Part shown: positions 1-13,130 of the stretch, piece after piece
Layout: the number at the start of each line of letters is the position of its first letter
Numbering within the stretch: position 1 is the first letter of the stretch
Assembly (NCBI GenBank): GCA_030324005.1
Contig: JARDVH010000001.1
Location: forward strand, 89,833,210-89,897,209
DNA from: Negaprion brevirostris
Taxonomy: Eukaryota
Direction: 5' to 3'
DNA: 64,000 nt
Made by a program: the position numbers and the translations under genes
Notes under the pieces: generated by a model
The model's database searches: none
What the model was told of the DNA's origin: nothing
The model's input: only the letters and a program-made list of their open reading frames with translations

Positions 1-2146
1 AAGTCCTGTCTTTCTCATGAGGGTGTTCAGTTCCATTTGCAAAATTCACTTTGGAATTCTTCCCCAAGTGATGTTTTCTCTTGGATGTCTTCAGTGAGAA
101 TCCACTTCCAGGGTTTCAAGCTCTCTTTTTCTGATGTTCCTTCCCATAGATATCTTCATGCATCCAAGTTTCACCTTGTACATGCACTGCAGTGCCAAGC
201 AGAACACCATTGCTCCAAAAGCCCATAGTCCCTGAACTTCGGCTGCCTCCTTGGATCTTTTGATGTCTCTTAAGTCTCTTGAAAAGTTTTTTTCTTTCTG
301 GATCTCTGTCTCTTTAATTCAGAGTCTTCTATTCTGCTTCATACTTTCAATTTTGCTAAATAGGACTTGTTCCACATTCTTGTTCTTATTCCTTGACCTT
401 TGTTTTTTTTGTCCCATCCCCTGGTTTGGGGATTTCCTTTCTGTTTTGGGACCTGTTCTTGTTCTTATCCCTCTCCCATGTCTAGTTTCTTTGAGCATAT
501 TTTTCTGAATGGCATTCTGTTCTCAGTCATCTGACGTTTTTTGTGCTGTTTTGTTTTGTTCCATTTCTCTTATGTGCAGGCTCCCGGAATCTTCTCTTTG
601 AAAAAAGAGACAAGCCGTACATGTGCGCAGGGCTGTTTACGAGCTTGCAGATGTTAACATGAATGTGTCTAACTGAGCACGTGTAGCTGTTATACAGCCA
701 ATGCATGCACAGAAGATAAAGATCTTTTTTAAAAAAGAACAATCTGTGCATGTGCAGTCTTTTTGTTTTCAAATATTTTTTTTCCCCTTTTGTGGGCTTC
801 ACCAGAGTAGGTGGCATAGCCTTCTATTCAGCCTTGAATGTCTGTTGGAATTAAACTCCTTCCCATGCTGTTCATTGTTCTGAGCATTGACGTTTCCTTT
901 TTTTCCCCCAAAGTTCAGCAACATTGTCTCAAATGACATTTTTGGACCCTTCACAAATTAAAACTGCATTTTACTGAAGTGGTAACCAAGATTCTGTGGT
1001 ATGTTGTAGAGTTTCAGCCTACCAATTTCTGATTGAGAGAAGAGAGCATTACCTGTGCACCAAGGCTGACAGCAATCTTCCACATTTTGTTCTTGGAAGC
1101 CTTCAGTATGAATGGACTTGCAAGAATCATGATGTGACATGGTTCATGACTTGCCCAATTATTTGTATCAAAATTAGATCAACAGGCAAGGCACACATTC
1201 AGTTCTTGGAGGCAATTCATGGTAATCTGATCCTGAGCATCATTTTTTTCCAAAATTCCTATTTGTTTATGGCATGAAAGTAAAATAAATCTTCACTCCA
1301 TTCTGCCTTGTCCACCTAGGACACATCTTGCAGCTTCTTCCCTACTCAAGGACTAATCTGTTTATTGACGATTCCAGAGCTTTATTCCAGTACTTACTTC
1401 TGCCCACGTCCATTCCATATGTTAACACCAACAGCTTAGTGGCACAATCAATTTTTTATTGGCTAGTTCGGCACCTTTCCCCCAATATCTTGGTTTAATT
1501 TGAAAGTGTTCTGGACTCAACTTTTTAGATCACTCGCCATCTTTGCACCTTTTCACGTCCCTGCTTGGTCATTTCCTTTTGTGGCTACCAGAACCCAGGT
1601 GTTTCCAGTGATTTTTTTTTCCCTTATGACTGATGCTAGGGATCAACTTTATGGTATTTCCTTGAATTGCCCCGAAGGTTTGAATGTGCCTGTTTTATGT
1701 TGATCAAAGCCACAGTATTCAAAGCGCAGTGTTTATTTGAGCTGCAGTCTGTCCAGAGTATTTTACAATTTTAGCATGCCTGCCTCTGACTTTTGCGCTC
1801 CTGTGTAGTTCAGCTTTGTTTGATACTCTTGCAGTGATTGAGCATGTTGATTCCTTTGATCTCTTAACTTGTCTGTTTTTGCCATACAAAACTTAAAGGA
1901 ATGTTTTGTTCTAAAGCCTAATTGAAAATGGCATGAGCAAGGCATCCAGCTTTTTTTTTGTTGGATTGAAGTGTGATTTTAAATAGCTGACATTTGGTCA
2001 ATATTTGTCACATTTTACAACATTATGTCAAATAATAACTTGCTAATACACAAATTATAATCTTTGAAATATTGTATTCATTATTTGTCCTTGCTCTTCT
2101 AGCGCATTGGTGCTGATTTTAAGAACATAAGTACCTGACAATTTAA

Positions 2147-2548
<402 letters not shown>

Positions 2549-3119
2549 TAGCTGGTGTGAAATTAATTATGCAAAAAAATACAAGCATCTGTATGAGGAG
2601 CAGTAGTAGGGTGCTCAATCTAGTCTTATATACAGGTTCCAGGGTAATGTTCAATGATGTGTGAATTAATTGACTTGAATTTGAGTAGATAGTACTTAAC
2701 TGATTTGCTAATGACTCAATAATCTAACATGGCATACAGCTGAAATCTTGGGAGAAGGAATTGGATTGAATTCTGTCTAATAGCATGGTTTGGTTGTAAT
2801 GCAGTATTCGAGTGGTGATAGGCTAGTGAAGGCCTTTTAATCAACGAACCCATTGAGCCATGGACCAAATTGTAGTTTCTTGAAGTACTTCAGCATACAT
2901 GTTGCATAGACATTAAGTTTAATCTGCTTGACCTCGATGGTGGGTGATATGTATGAATCATTAAAGAACTAAATTTGAGAAACTGGGTGTGTATAATAAT
3001 GGAGTTGGGGCCTGTTTCCTCCCAATGCACATTTAATGATGGGAAAGGATGGACAGATAACTTGCCATACTGACAGCTGGCCAGAATTCTAATGCCAGTT
3101 AGAAGTGTGAACATGTGAT

Positions 3120-3372
3120 AATAAATAAACTTTAACAAGTAGGCTTACATTAACACCGCAATTAAGTTACTGTGAAATTTCAGCCCCTGTTCGGGTCAGT
3201 GCACCTAACCAGCACATCTTTCAGACTGTGGGAGAAAACCAGAGCACCTGGAGGAAACCTATGCAGACATGGGGAGAACGTAAATGCGGAGTCTGCATGG
3301 TGACCCAAGCCAGGAATCGAATCCCGGTCCCTGGCACTGTGAGGCAGCAGTACTAACCACTGTGCTGCCCCA
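3120..3372 (-). mobile_element. HE1/V-SINE-like tRNA-derived SINE
   Basis: Reverse complement reads gggcagcacagtggttagtactgctgcctcacagtgccagggaccgggattcgattcc...ggtttcctccaggtgctctggttttctcccacagtc (A/B boxes plus V-domain). Many homologues in the window. Confidence 0.8.
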
Positions 3373-3710
3373 GGATGCTTTGCAGGAACTTACCATGGCT
3401 CCTTTGACAGCACCTTCCAAACCTACAACCTCTACCAGCAAGAATGACTAGTGCAATTGCATGTAAAAACCAACACCTGAAAGTTCCCCACCAGGCCAAA
3501 CACATCCTTACTTGGGATTATATCGCTGTTCCTTTACTGTTGCTGGGTCAAAACCCTGGAACTCCCTCCCTAACAGAATTGTGAGTGTATCTACACCACA
3601 GGGACTGCAGAGTTCAAGGCAGCGGCCTACCACCACCTCCTCAAGGGCAATTAGAGATGGACAATAAATGCTGGCCTAACCAGCGATGCCCATATCCTTT
3701 GAACGAAAAG
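3373..3710 (+). mobile_element. 3' end of a CR1-clade LINE
   Basis: ctggaactccctccctaacag...ttcaaggcagcggcctaccaccacctcctcaagggcaattagagatggacaataaatgctggcct tail. Homologous to 21225-21600 and to the SINE tail at about 33875. Confidence 0.6.
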
Positions 3711-4461
3711 ATTATAGTCAGTGCTCCACTCAAATGTTACCTCAACTGGAATGGATAAAGTTTTGCATGCAAATCTGAGCTCAATAGCTGAACTGAGTTT
3801 ACCTGAGAGGTCCCATGGTGAATGGTCAAATAACCAGGTAATCTCTGGGCTTACACATGAAGATAAGCCAATCCAGTGATTGTCAAATGGCAGCCAACAC
3901 TCTGCATACTGTAAACCAACACACATTAGATCTTTCAGAAAACAGGAGAAAGAAAATTCAATGTAATAACAAAAACATCTCCTTAAGGGCTGAGAGAATG
4001 CATGAGCAGCAACATGGCATCATTAGCGGAGTATGATAGTTCCTGAGCTTGGAACTCGGTGCAGGAAGGATCCAGTAAGGGTTAAATAATACAGGTTGAA
4101 ATACTTGACTAAGAAGCAGAATCCTTGCTAAATTGCTTGGAGATCAGAGAGAAATGTTAGATTTTTAGTATCTTAGATGTTTTTAAACTGTAATTAGCCA
4201 ACTCTTAAGTACAGCAGATAAAAGTCTCATCACTTTGATCTTATTTTTGATCGTGCTTTTCTTGAATGTAAATTGATGCAATCCGAAAGATCAGGCATTT
4301 TGTTTGTTTTATGAAATCCCTCAGTATTTTGCAGGAAAACTCATTGCTCCCTCTTCATATGACTTTATGTTTGATATAGCTCAACGATTTGCAAAGATGT
4401 AAGGAACTGAATGAAAGAAAATCCATACATGGATCTTTCCAATCTTCACAATTAAAATTAC

Positions 4462-4723
4462 ATGAACATAAGAGTTTGAAGTAGGCCATCTGGTCCCTCG
4501 AGCCTGCTCCGCCATTCAATAAGATCATGGCTGATCTTTTTGTGGACTCAGCTCCACTTACCCACCTGCTCATCATAACCCTTAATTCCTTTACTGTTCA
4601 AAAATTTATCTATCCTTGTCTTGAAAGCAAGGAATAAGTAGCCTCAACTTCAGATCAGCCATGATCTTATTGAATGGCGGGGCAGGCTCGAAGGGCTAGA
4701 CGGCCTACTCCTGCTCCTATTTC
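4462..4723. mobile_element. Two CR1/HER1 3' tails in opposite orientation
   Basis: 4480-4540 (minus) is the reverse complement of 4652-4710 (plus): agatcagccatgatcttattgaatggcgg..gcaggctcga. Confidence 0.75.
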
Positions 4724-5759
4724 NNNNNNNNNNNNNNNNNNNNNNNNNNNNNNNNNNNNNNNNNNNNNNNNNNNNNNNNNNNNNNNNNNNNNNNNNNNNN
4801 NNNNNNNNNNNNNNNNNNNNNNNTGAGAGGCAGCAGTGCGAACCACTGTGCCACCGTACTGCCTCTTGTACTGCTCCAGTAGTGCATGCAGGCAATAATG
4901 TTGGATTCAAGATGGTAAAGACTAAGGCTGGCATTTGGCCTGTGTTAATTCACTCATCCAGTGATGCTGTACAGATCTCTTCCTTCCCCATATCATCCCC
5001 AACTGTTGAGTTATTTAACTGACTCCAGTTTGGTAACTGCTGCAAGTTAACAGTACATGCGCTGTTTCTCCCTGCGTCTGTCTCTCTTCACCTTTTTTGT
5101 TTTGCTTGTTCTCTTTTGGCTTTTCTTCCTCNNNNNNNNNNCGACTCATTTTATAAATGCGTCAAGTAGGAGATTCTGGTTTGTCTGTGTCATCAAACCA
5201 AAATTACATTACAGGTGTCTTCTTGAAATTGAGATACTTGAATTGTAGGAAGAGATGAATAATTGAGGCCTAACAGCTGACTTTCTTATTACTGATGTGC
5301 CTGTGGCACCTTTGGAGCACCATTAGAGCCACAAAGCATTTTATACCTTCAAGTGGATGCAGCTTAGAAACAGCTGTTGTTTTATCTGGTACTGAGTGTT
5401 TTTGTCCTGATTGAAAACTGCTGAATATTGTATTTGTATTTCTTTTTCGTAAAATGCCATCTGCATTTCAAATTATTGCAGTTTGCTGTAATCTTAACTT
5501 AGAATTTTACTACCACCTGTGCCTTGAAAGACAGCTATGAAAGAAGGAAAGGAAAAAAATTAAAAGCCAACTGCACTGTTTGATCTCATACCCTGTTTAT
5601 GCTGCTTTGCTGATGCAGGACTGAATCTATTGAGGNNNNNNNNNNNNNNNNNNNNNNNNNNNNNNNNNNNNNNNNNNNNNNNNNNAATAGATTTCAGGTT
5701 ACTGTGAATGTTCCATGCTGATCCAGCCAGTATGCAGCTGATGGGCGAGTTTTCAGCTA

Positions 5760-6100
5760 CAAAAAGAGAAAAATGTTGGAAAATTTCAGTAGGCCTGACC
5801 GCATCTGTGGGGAGAGAATAGAGCCAACATTTCGAGTCTAGATGACCCTTTGTCAGAGCTGAGAGGAAAGAGAATCAGCAGAAATTTACACTGCTGGTAG
5901 GGAGGGGTGGTGAAATTGGACAAAGGGAATGTAAATGAGCATGTAGAGGGCTGAGAAGGTGTTGAAAGTGTCCATTAACTGATGAGAATGCGTGAATAGC
6001 AAAACAAAGATACAGTTTGGCAAAAGATTGCTTAAGGAATGTGCAGTTGGCCTGAAGAATGGTTTGGGGGCAGGGAGATTGGAGGGAGGGGAGGGTGGCG
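5760..6100 (-). mobile_element. Penelope-like element fragment
   Basis: Reverse complement ctctgacaaagggtcatctagactcgaaatgttggctctattctctc...cagatgc; same family as 9871, 16900 and 46912. Confidence 0.6.
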
Positions 6101-6574
6101 CTGCTTTTTCAGCTGTGGGTCTAATGGTTGTCCTGATGTTTTAAAAACTCTTGATGTTTGCATTGAGTTTAGTATCTTGCAGATTTTGCCTGAGAAAGTA
6201 CAAAGCTCTTAAGTTTTTTTTTGAGGATATTGTTTAATTTACTGATATAGCAACCTCAGCTTCCTTGATTTAATAGAATGGCTGTTAGGACCTCTAATTA
6301 CTTTGCCTTTTGAGTCTCCTTGTCATATTCAATTTCCCAGTTTACGATAAAGGGTCAGCCCTCTGCTGATAACTCCCCATTGCTCCCGTAACCATGTGAA
6401 TTCCTGGATTTTTTTTCGTGCCTAGTAATAAATGCTTCCTGTGTCTACCTGCCCTGAAGGAAGTCCAAACTTGTGTATCCACTAGGCCACCTACTGAATG
6501 GAACAAATCCTAGCATCTAAACCTCAGCTCCAGCTGCCAAGCTCTTGATTTGCCATCGCTGTGGAGCATGGCAT

Positions 6575-7172
6575 ATAGGCAACATGGTAGTAGAGATTAG
6601 CACTGCTCCTTCACAGTGCCAGGGACCCAAGTTCAATTCTGTCCTCGGTTGACGGTTCAGAGTCTGCACGTTCTCCCTAAGCCTGCGTGGGTTTCCTCCG
6701 AGTGCTCCAGTTTTCTCCCGCAGTCCAAAGTTGTGCGGGTCAGGTTGATTGGCCAGGATAAATTGCCCCTTGGTGTCAGGGAGACTAGCAGGATAAATAA
6801 GTGGTGTTACAGAGTAGGGCCTGGGTGTCAGGGTGGCACGGTAGCAGAGTGGTTAGCACTGCTGTTTCACAGCTCCAGGGACCTGGGCTCGGTTCCCAGC
6901 TTGGGTCACTGTCTGTGTGGAGCTTGCACATTCTCCTCGTCTCTGCATGGGTTTCCTCCAGGTGCTCCAGTTTCCTCCCACAGTCCAAAGATGTGTGGGT
7001 TAGGTTGATTGGCCATGCTAAATTTGCCCTTAGTTTCCTGAGATGCTTAGTTTAGAGGGATTAGTGGGTAAATATGTAGGAATATGAGGGTGTGGTCTGG
7101 GTGGGATTGTGGTTGGTGCAGACTCGATGGGCCAAATGGACTCTCTCTGTACTGTAGGGTTTCTATGATTCT
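6575..7172 (+). mobile_element. Two tandem or nested HE1-like SINEs (about 6575-6825 and 6830-7172)
   Basis: Two successive copies of gtggttagcactgctg..cacag..ccagggacc..ggtttcctcc..ctcccacagtccaaag; the second ends in a CR1-type tail. Confidence 0.85.
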
Positions 7173-7774
7173 GCACTGTAGATTCTGTGATTCTACGGAG
7201 AATAGTTTTTAACCAGCTTTTGCTTGGTGAAACCACCCATTAAAGGCACTAATTTTTTTCCTGAAAAATTGCATACATCTGGAGCATAAAAAACTTAGTT
7301 GACAAATGAGATAACTGGAATTGAATGAACTGTAAATCAATCTATGATTTTCTATTCTGCATTCTCTACCTCCTCAGTGTATGTTATTTAGATTCAGTTG
7401 CTTGCAGCCAGAGTTTGATGGTTTACAAAAAATAAAACAAATACTGCTGGCTACATTTTTATGTAAGCCTTGGCAGCAGTGACTCCACTTATTTGTTTAG
7501 CATACAGGAAGCATACTTGTTAAACACCACATCACAGTGGGATGGGGGGTTGTTCTGTTTTTAGAGAAGAAAAGTACTTCAGGCAGCGCAGTGGAGACAT
7601 AAAATGCCAAGTCAATGGTGCTTGGGTTTAATCCTCTCCATGGAGTTGCTGGTTTCTACTGCTTTGATAAGTGGAATCATGGGGTTCAAGAGTAATGTGT
7701 TTGGGAAAGTCCAATATGTGTAATGCTTGTGTTGTAGTTGATGTTGAAGATTCAAGCCAATGATTTGTGATTGA

Positions 7775-7981
<207 letters not shown>

Positions 7982-8394
7982 TAAGTGAACTTTTGGAGTT
8001 TTTCTTTTGCGTTAGTCAGCAAGTTTTGTTGAAGTGTCCGTTGTCTAAAAACAACTCGAGCCTTGTTTATTCAATACATTTTCATTGTTTCTTATTGAAA
8101 AGATTGAGTAGCTTTGGTAATTCTTCAATCTCCTATCCATACTACACTTGCTGCTTGAATTTCCCTGACCTTTGGAATAAGTTTATTCCTGACTCCTCTG
8201 CAGTGAATAGAGAGTTCATCAGAGTGCCATAGGTTCAGTTAAGATTCAAGCCCTAGAATTCTGGTACTGATTTTTGCAGGGTAGGCCGAAGCCGTTGCTC
8301 CATCAGTAGAACTTAGTGGATGCGTTTAAGATGCACTCCTTAAAATTGGCAGGTGATCTTAAGCCAGATTAACTTTTGTTTGCGTAAAGTCTGC

Positions 8395-9075
8395 TGAAAG
8401 TAGGCGCGCAGATGCAGCAGGCAGTAAAGAAGGCAAATGGTATGTTGACCTTCCTAGCAAGAGGATTTGAGTTTAGGGTTAAGGATGTTTTGCTGCAATT
8501 GTGTAGGGCATTGATGAAGCCACACCTGGAGTATTGTGTGCAGTTTTGGTGTCCTTATCTGAGGAAAGATGTCCTTGGTCTCGAAGGAATACAGCAAAGG
8601 TTTACCAGGCTGATTTCTGGGATGGCTGGCCTGGCAAATGAGGAGAGACTAATCTGCGTAGGATTGTATTCACTGGAGTTCAGAAGAGTGAGAAGGGATC
8701 GCATAAAAATTATAAAATTCTAGTAGGGTTAGACAGGGCAGATTGAGAAAAAACATTCCCGGTGGTGGGGGAATCCAGAACTATGGGTCATAGTTTGAGG
8801 AAAAAGGGTAAACCTTATAAAACTGAGGTGAGGAGAAATTTCTTCACCCAGAGGGTGGTGAATGTGTGGAATTCACTACCATAGAATGTTTGGGCCTCAA
8901 CTACATTGTCTAATTTCACGAAAAAATTAGATACAGCTCTTGGGGCTAAAGGGATCGAGGATATGGGGGAGAAGGGGGGATCAAGATATTGAATTTGATC
9001 AGTTATGATCAAAATGAATGGTGGAGCAGGCTCAAAGGGCTGAATAGCCTACTCCTGCTTCTAGTTTCTATGTAA
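8395..9075 (+). mobile_element. CR1/HER1 LINE, ORF2 C-terminus plus 3' UTR
   Basis: ORF 8412-8723 KKANGMLTFLARGFEFR...LMKPHLEYCVQFWCPYLRKD...LYSLEFRRVRRD is the typical CR1 ORF2 tail; it ends in cctactcctgcttctagtttctatg. Confidence 0.9.
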
Positions 9076-9870
9076 CTAATTTGATCTAAATCTTAAAATG
9101 CTGAACTAAACTTGGCAAAGGAAAACTTGAGCTTAAAATTACTAAACATAAAAAAGGCCTAAAATGTTTTCTTTGAATTTCAGCAGCTGTGGAGAGGCCA
9201 CTGTGTAGTCCATGAGCACCGTTGATTTTTTTTTTTAAAAATTACACGAGGACTAACTTGCATTGAAGTAGCCATTATGAATTCTGAGGCTTTAAAGTGG
9301 ATAGCAATTGTGCCGCACAACTTATAATTTGGGTAATAAGCTGGTAATCTGTTTTGTGTGACGCAAACAGTTTTTAAAACAAAATTAGTGTACATATTCT
9401 TAGATGTACGCATGATAAAGATGCAAAATAGTTCAACTCAGGTACAGTATGGGTTGAAGCAGCACCAGCAATGAGACTGAGATCAATTTTGCTAAAACAC
9501 CACACGACAAGAATTGTGAAACTTGGGTTTCCTCCCAGGAATAAGAAAAATGAGTTTTAATGGTTGCTGTTGATGTGAAAATAAATGTACGGAATGTACC
9601 CAACCAGTAAGTGAGGCCATATGGCAAAATTTAGTCATCTATTTGGTTTTGATGTGTAATTTAATAAAAGTTTAATAGTGATCATAGACTATATGGCAGC
9701 CTCGTCAGAGCTACTGAAATTTAAAGAAAACCATTTAAGTTTATTGAGTATTTGTTGTCGAGTTTAGTTCCTTGTTTTTAGATTTAGACCAAGTTAGTCC
9801 ATGCAACCAAATTTAGCTGCCTGAATTGCCTAAATATTCAACTGCTATTGTTTCATATGGATGACTTGTG

Positions 9871-10000
9871 GCAGCTCTGATGAAAGGTCATCCAGACTTG
9901 AAATGTTAGCTCTGTTCTCTCCAAGATGCTGTCAGAGCTGCTGAGATTTTCCAACATTTTCTGTTTTTGTTTCAGATTCTAGCATCTGCTTTTGACTTGT
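9871..10000 (+). mobile_element. Penelope-like fragment containing a hammerhead-like core
   Basis: agctCTGATGAaaggtcatccagacttGAAAtgttagct followed by the shared family tail gatgctgtcagagctgctgagattttcc. Confidence 0.6.
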
Positions 10001-10096
10001 TGCTGATTTAGTGTTTTGGTCCTTGGAATAGCGCTTAGTGGGAATTTTAAATTGCATCCCAAAAAAATTATTGGTCCTATTGGTTTCAAGTTGTGC

Positions 10097-10382
10097 TGGG
10101 CACCATGGTGGCCTCAGTGCCAGGGACCTGGGTTCAGTTCCCGGCTTGGGTCACTATCTGTGTGAAGTTTGCACGTTCTTTCCGTGTCTGTGTGTTTCCT
10201 CCCCGTGCTCTGGTTTCCTCCCGCGGTCCAAAGATATGCAGGTTAGGTTGACTGGCCGTGGTGTCATGGGATTAGCAGGGTAAATATGTGGGGTTACAGG
10301 AATAGGGCCCACTTGGGATTGTGGTCAGTACAGGCTCAATGGGCCAAATGGCCACACTCCTGCACTGTTGGGATTCTATGTT
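10097..10382 (+). mobile_element. HE1-like SINE
   Basis: cagtgccagggacctgggttcagttcccggcttgggtcac...gtttcctcccgcggtccaaagatatgcaggttagg. Confidence 0.8.
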
Positions 10383-10453
10383 GAAAGTACATCTGTGGTA
10401 TGTCATGGCTGTGAAACTTTGAACAGTTTGCCTCTTTGGGTGGTGCTCAATAG

Positions 10454-10744
<291 letters not shown>

Positions 10745-11326
10745 TAAGTTCAGACCAATGTTGAGTAGTGGTCATTTGTCAGTCATGAGAATGTTCCAGC
10801 CTGAAGAATAAGGAAAGGAGTTCTCTTTCCTGAACGTTGAACACCCCAAAGCACATTACTGGATCAGGTTTTTTTTAAGTGATGTTCACTGAGGGACAAA
10901 TATTTAAGTCAGCTGCATTTCTTTGGTGCCACAGAGTCTTTTATGTCNNNNNNNNNNNNNNNNNNNNNNNNNNNNNNNNNNNNNNNNNNNNNNNNNNNNN
11001 NNNNNNNNNNNNNNNNNNNNNNNNNNNNNNNNNNNNNNNNNNNNNNNGATCAGCAGGCTACATATTTGGCATTATTGGGTTGCTGCCTCATTGTGGTGAC
11101 ATTGCATGAGTGCAGCTGCTTTCAGCTTAGGAACAATCAGATCAAAGTTACTGTTCATTGTAATGAAACTACTGTGAATTTTCTGAACATCAATGGGAAT
11201 CGTCTTGTATCATCTGCCTCCAAAGAAAATACTGTGTTAGCGTGAGTATATACAGGATTCATACTGGCTTCCAAGAGCTGCCTGTCAGTTCATGAGGAGT
11301 ACTTTAGCAGTGCTTCGTAACTTTCA

Positions 11327-11913
11327 GTTCATTGCTATTGAAATGCATTGGAAGTACTAAACTGCTCATTGAGATAAATAATCTCACCACATATTTACTT
11401 TCTAAAGTTCTTTGGTGTTGATGTGTTACAGAGCACTCAGGAAGTCTGAGTTCCTGTGGCAATATGTACATTGTGGCCCAGAGCTATGGACAGTGATGGC
11501 AGCGGCTCCAAATTGCTTTCCCTCACATGACTAACCAGACACCTCTCCTGCTCTTACCACCTGCCATAGGCATGAGTTGGCAGGATTTGTCAGTGGATTA
11601 TCAGCCTGTTTGGCCATGTTATAAACACACCTTCTTTGGCCATCAGAGGGACTTGAGCCTGGAGCTTCTGATACAGAGGCAGAGGTGTCACCTAATGCAC
11701 GAGAGAACCTCTTGAAATGCTTTAGTTGGGATCAATCAGTCTGTCCTACATTGTAGTTCTGGGCCACAATGTAATAGTGTATGTTGCCACAGGAACTCGT
11801 ACTTCCTGAGTGCTCTGCACCACCAAAGAACTTTAGAAGGTAAATATGTTGTGAGATTATTTATCTCAATGAGCTCACTATTGTACTTTTAGTACACTTC
11901 AGTAGCAACGAGC
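11327..11913. repeat. Long imperfect inverted repeat (arms about 11327-11486 and 11754-11913)
   Basis: gctcattgagataaataatctcaccacatatttactttctaaagttctttggtg recurs in reverse complement at about 11821-11874, and tacattgtggcccagagcta recurs at 11754-11773. Confidence 0.9.
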
Positions 11914-12139
11914 AGAGGAAACCATCCGATTTTGGAAGCTTTGCAGCAATGTACAAATTGGCAAATTATCTCATTAAATTATTCTGCTGCATACTTCAAT
12001 CATATAATTCTAGATGAAAATCTTTGCTAATTCTTCCATAAATTTAAGAAATACACATATAAAATGAGCACCAAAACATTCAAAATGGTGGGTGGCTTGT
12101 ACGTGCAGGTAAAGGTACCAAGGACTCATTCCCGAAACA

Positions 12140-13130
12140 GGAGATAGGCCTTTTGCACCCTGAAGGTTGTTCCATCATTCAAGGAGATCGTGGCTGTTCT
12201 GTGACTTAACTTCCTACTCATTTGCCCCATATCCCTGAAGAGTTCCATCTTCAGCGACCCTCTGCATGAAGAAATGTTTCTAATGATGCTCTGAAAATAG
12301 GGCCAGTTTGATCAGTGCGTGTTGCTCAGTAACACTACAGCAAGCGTTTACTCCCCATATTGACTGTGCTACTTGGAGCCAGCCTTTTATTTACAGCATT
12401 GTGATAACATGGCATAATTGAACCATGATTTAGCAACCCTTGGGCAATGAGGATGTGACATGAAGAGAGAGAAAGATGTGCCTCTAATTCTTATACCCTT
12501 CCCAGTGACGACCTCACCCCAGCCCTAGATTCCCCAGCCAGAAAAGATTTTCTGTCTCCCTATCCATCCTGCTTAGGTTCTTAAACTTAGATCAAATCAG
12601 CCCTGAAACTTGTAAATTCTAGGAAATCTTTTGTTATGTAATCTCTTCTCATAAATTAATCCTTGCAGTAGTTATCATTCTGTAAACAGTTCTTGCGCTC
12701 CCTCAGCACATTTTTCCTAAGATGTGATGTCCGATACTGCTCACGATACTCCAGGTGTGATCCAACCAGGATTTTATACAACTCAGACATGACTTCCACA
12801 CTTGTATTCTACTCCTTTGGAAATAAATAAAAGACAACATTTCTTTTTGATTATTTTGTGGACATGCACGTGGTTCCGCCCTCTGCCATTTTGACATCTG
12901 TTCCATCCCTTTTGGGTCCTTATGTTTGTCTACATCAAAATCCATTTGCCACAGATTAGCCCATTCGCTTAACCTACCAATGTAATACCTCCTAGTAATT
13001 TTAGCTTCTGCCTACTGCGTATAATATCACCGATTTTTCTGTCATTGCCAAATTTAGATGTGCGACTGCCTGCCCCATCATCAAAGTCATTAGTGAATAG
13101 GGTGAATGGTTAAGGCCCCAGTTGGAGGAC
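12140..13130 (-). mobile_element. Decayed CR1 LINE
   Basis: The minus strand carries the ...LDHTWSIVSSIGHHILGK frameshifted equivalent of RPHLEYCVQFW and a CR1 3' tail near 12140-12240. Confidence 0.7.

Noticed and set aside
6830-6910. tRNA-like A/B-box sequences here and at 3300, 23821, 34150, 48577, 54500 and 62410
   Set aside because: They continue directly into SINE bodies and do not form complete cloverleaves; SINE heads, not tRNA genes.
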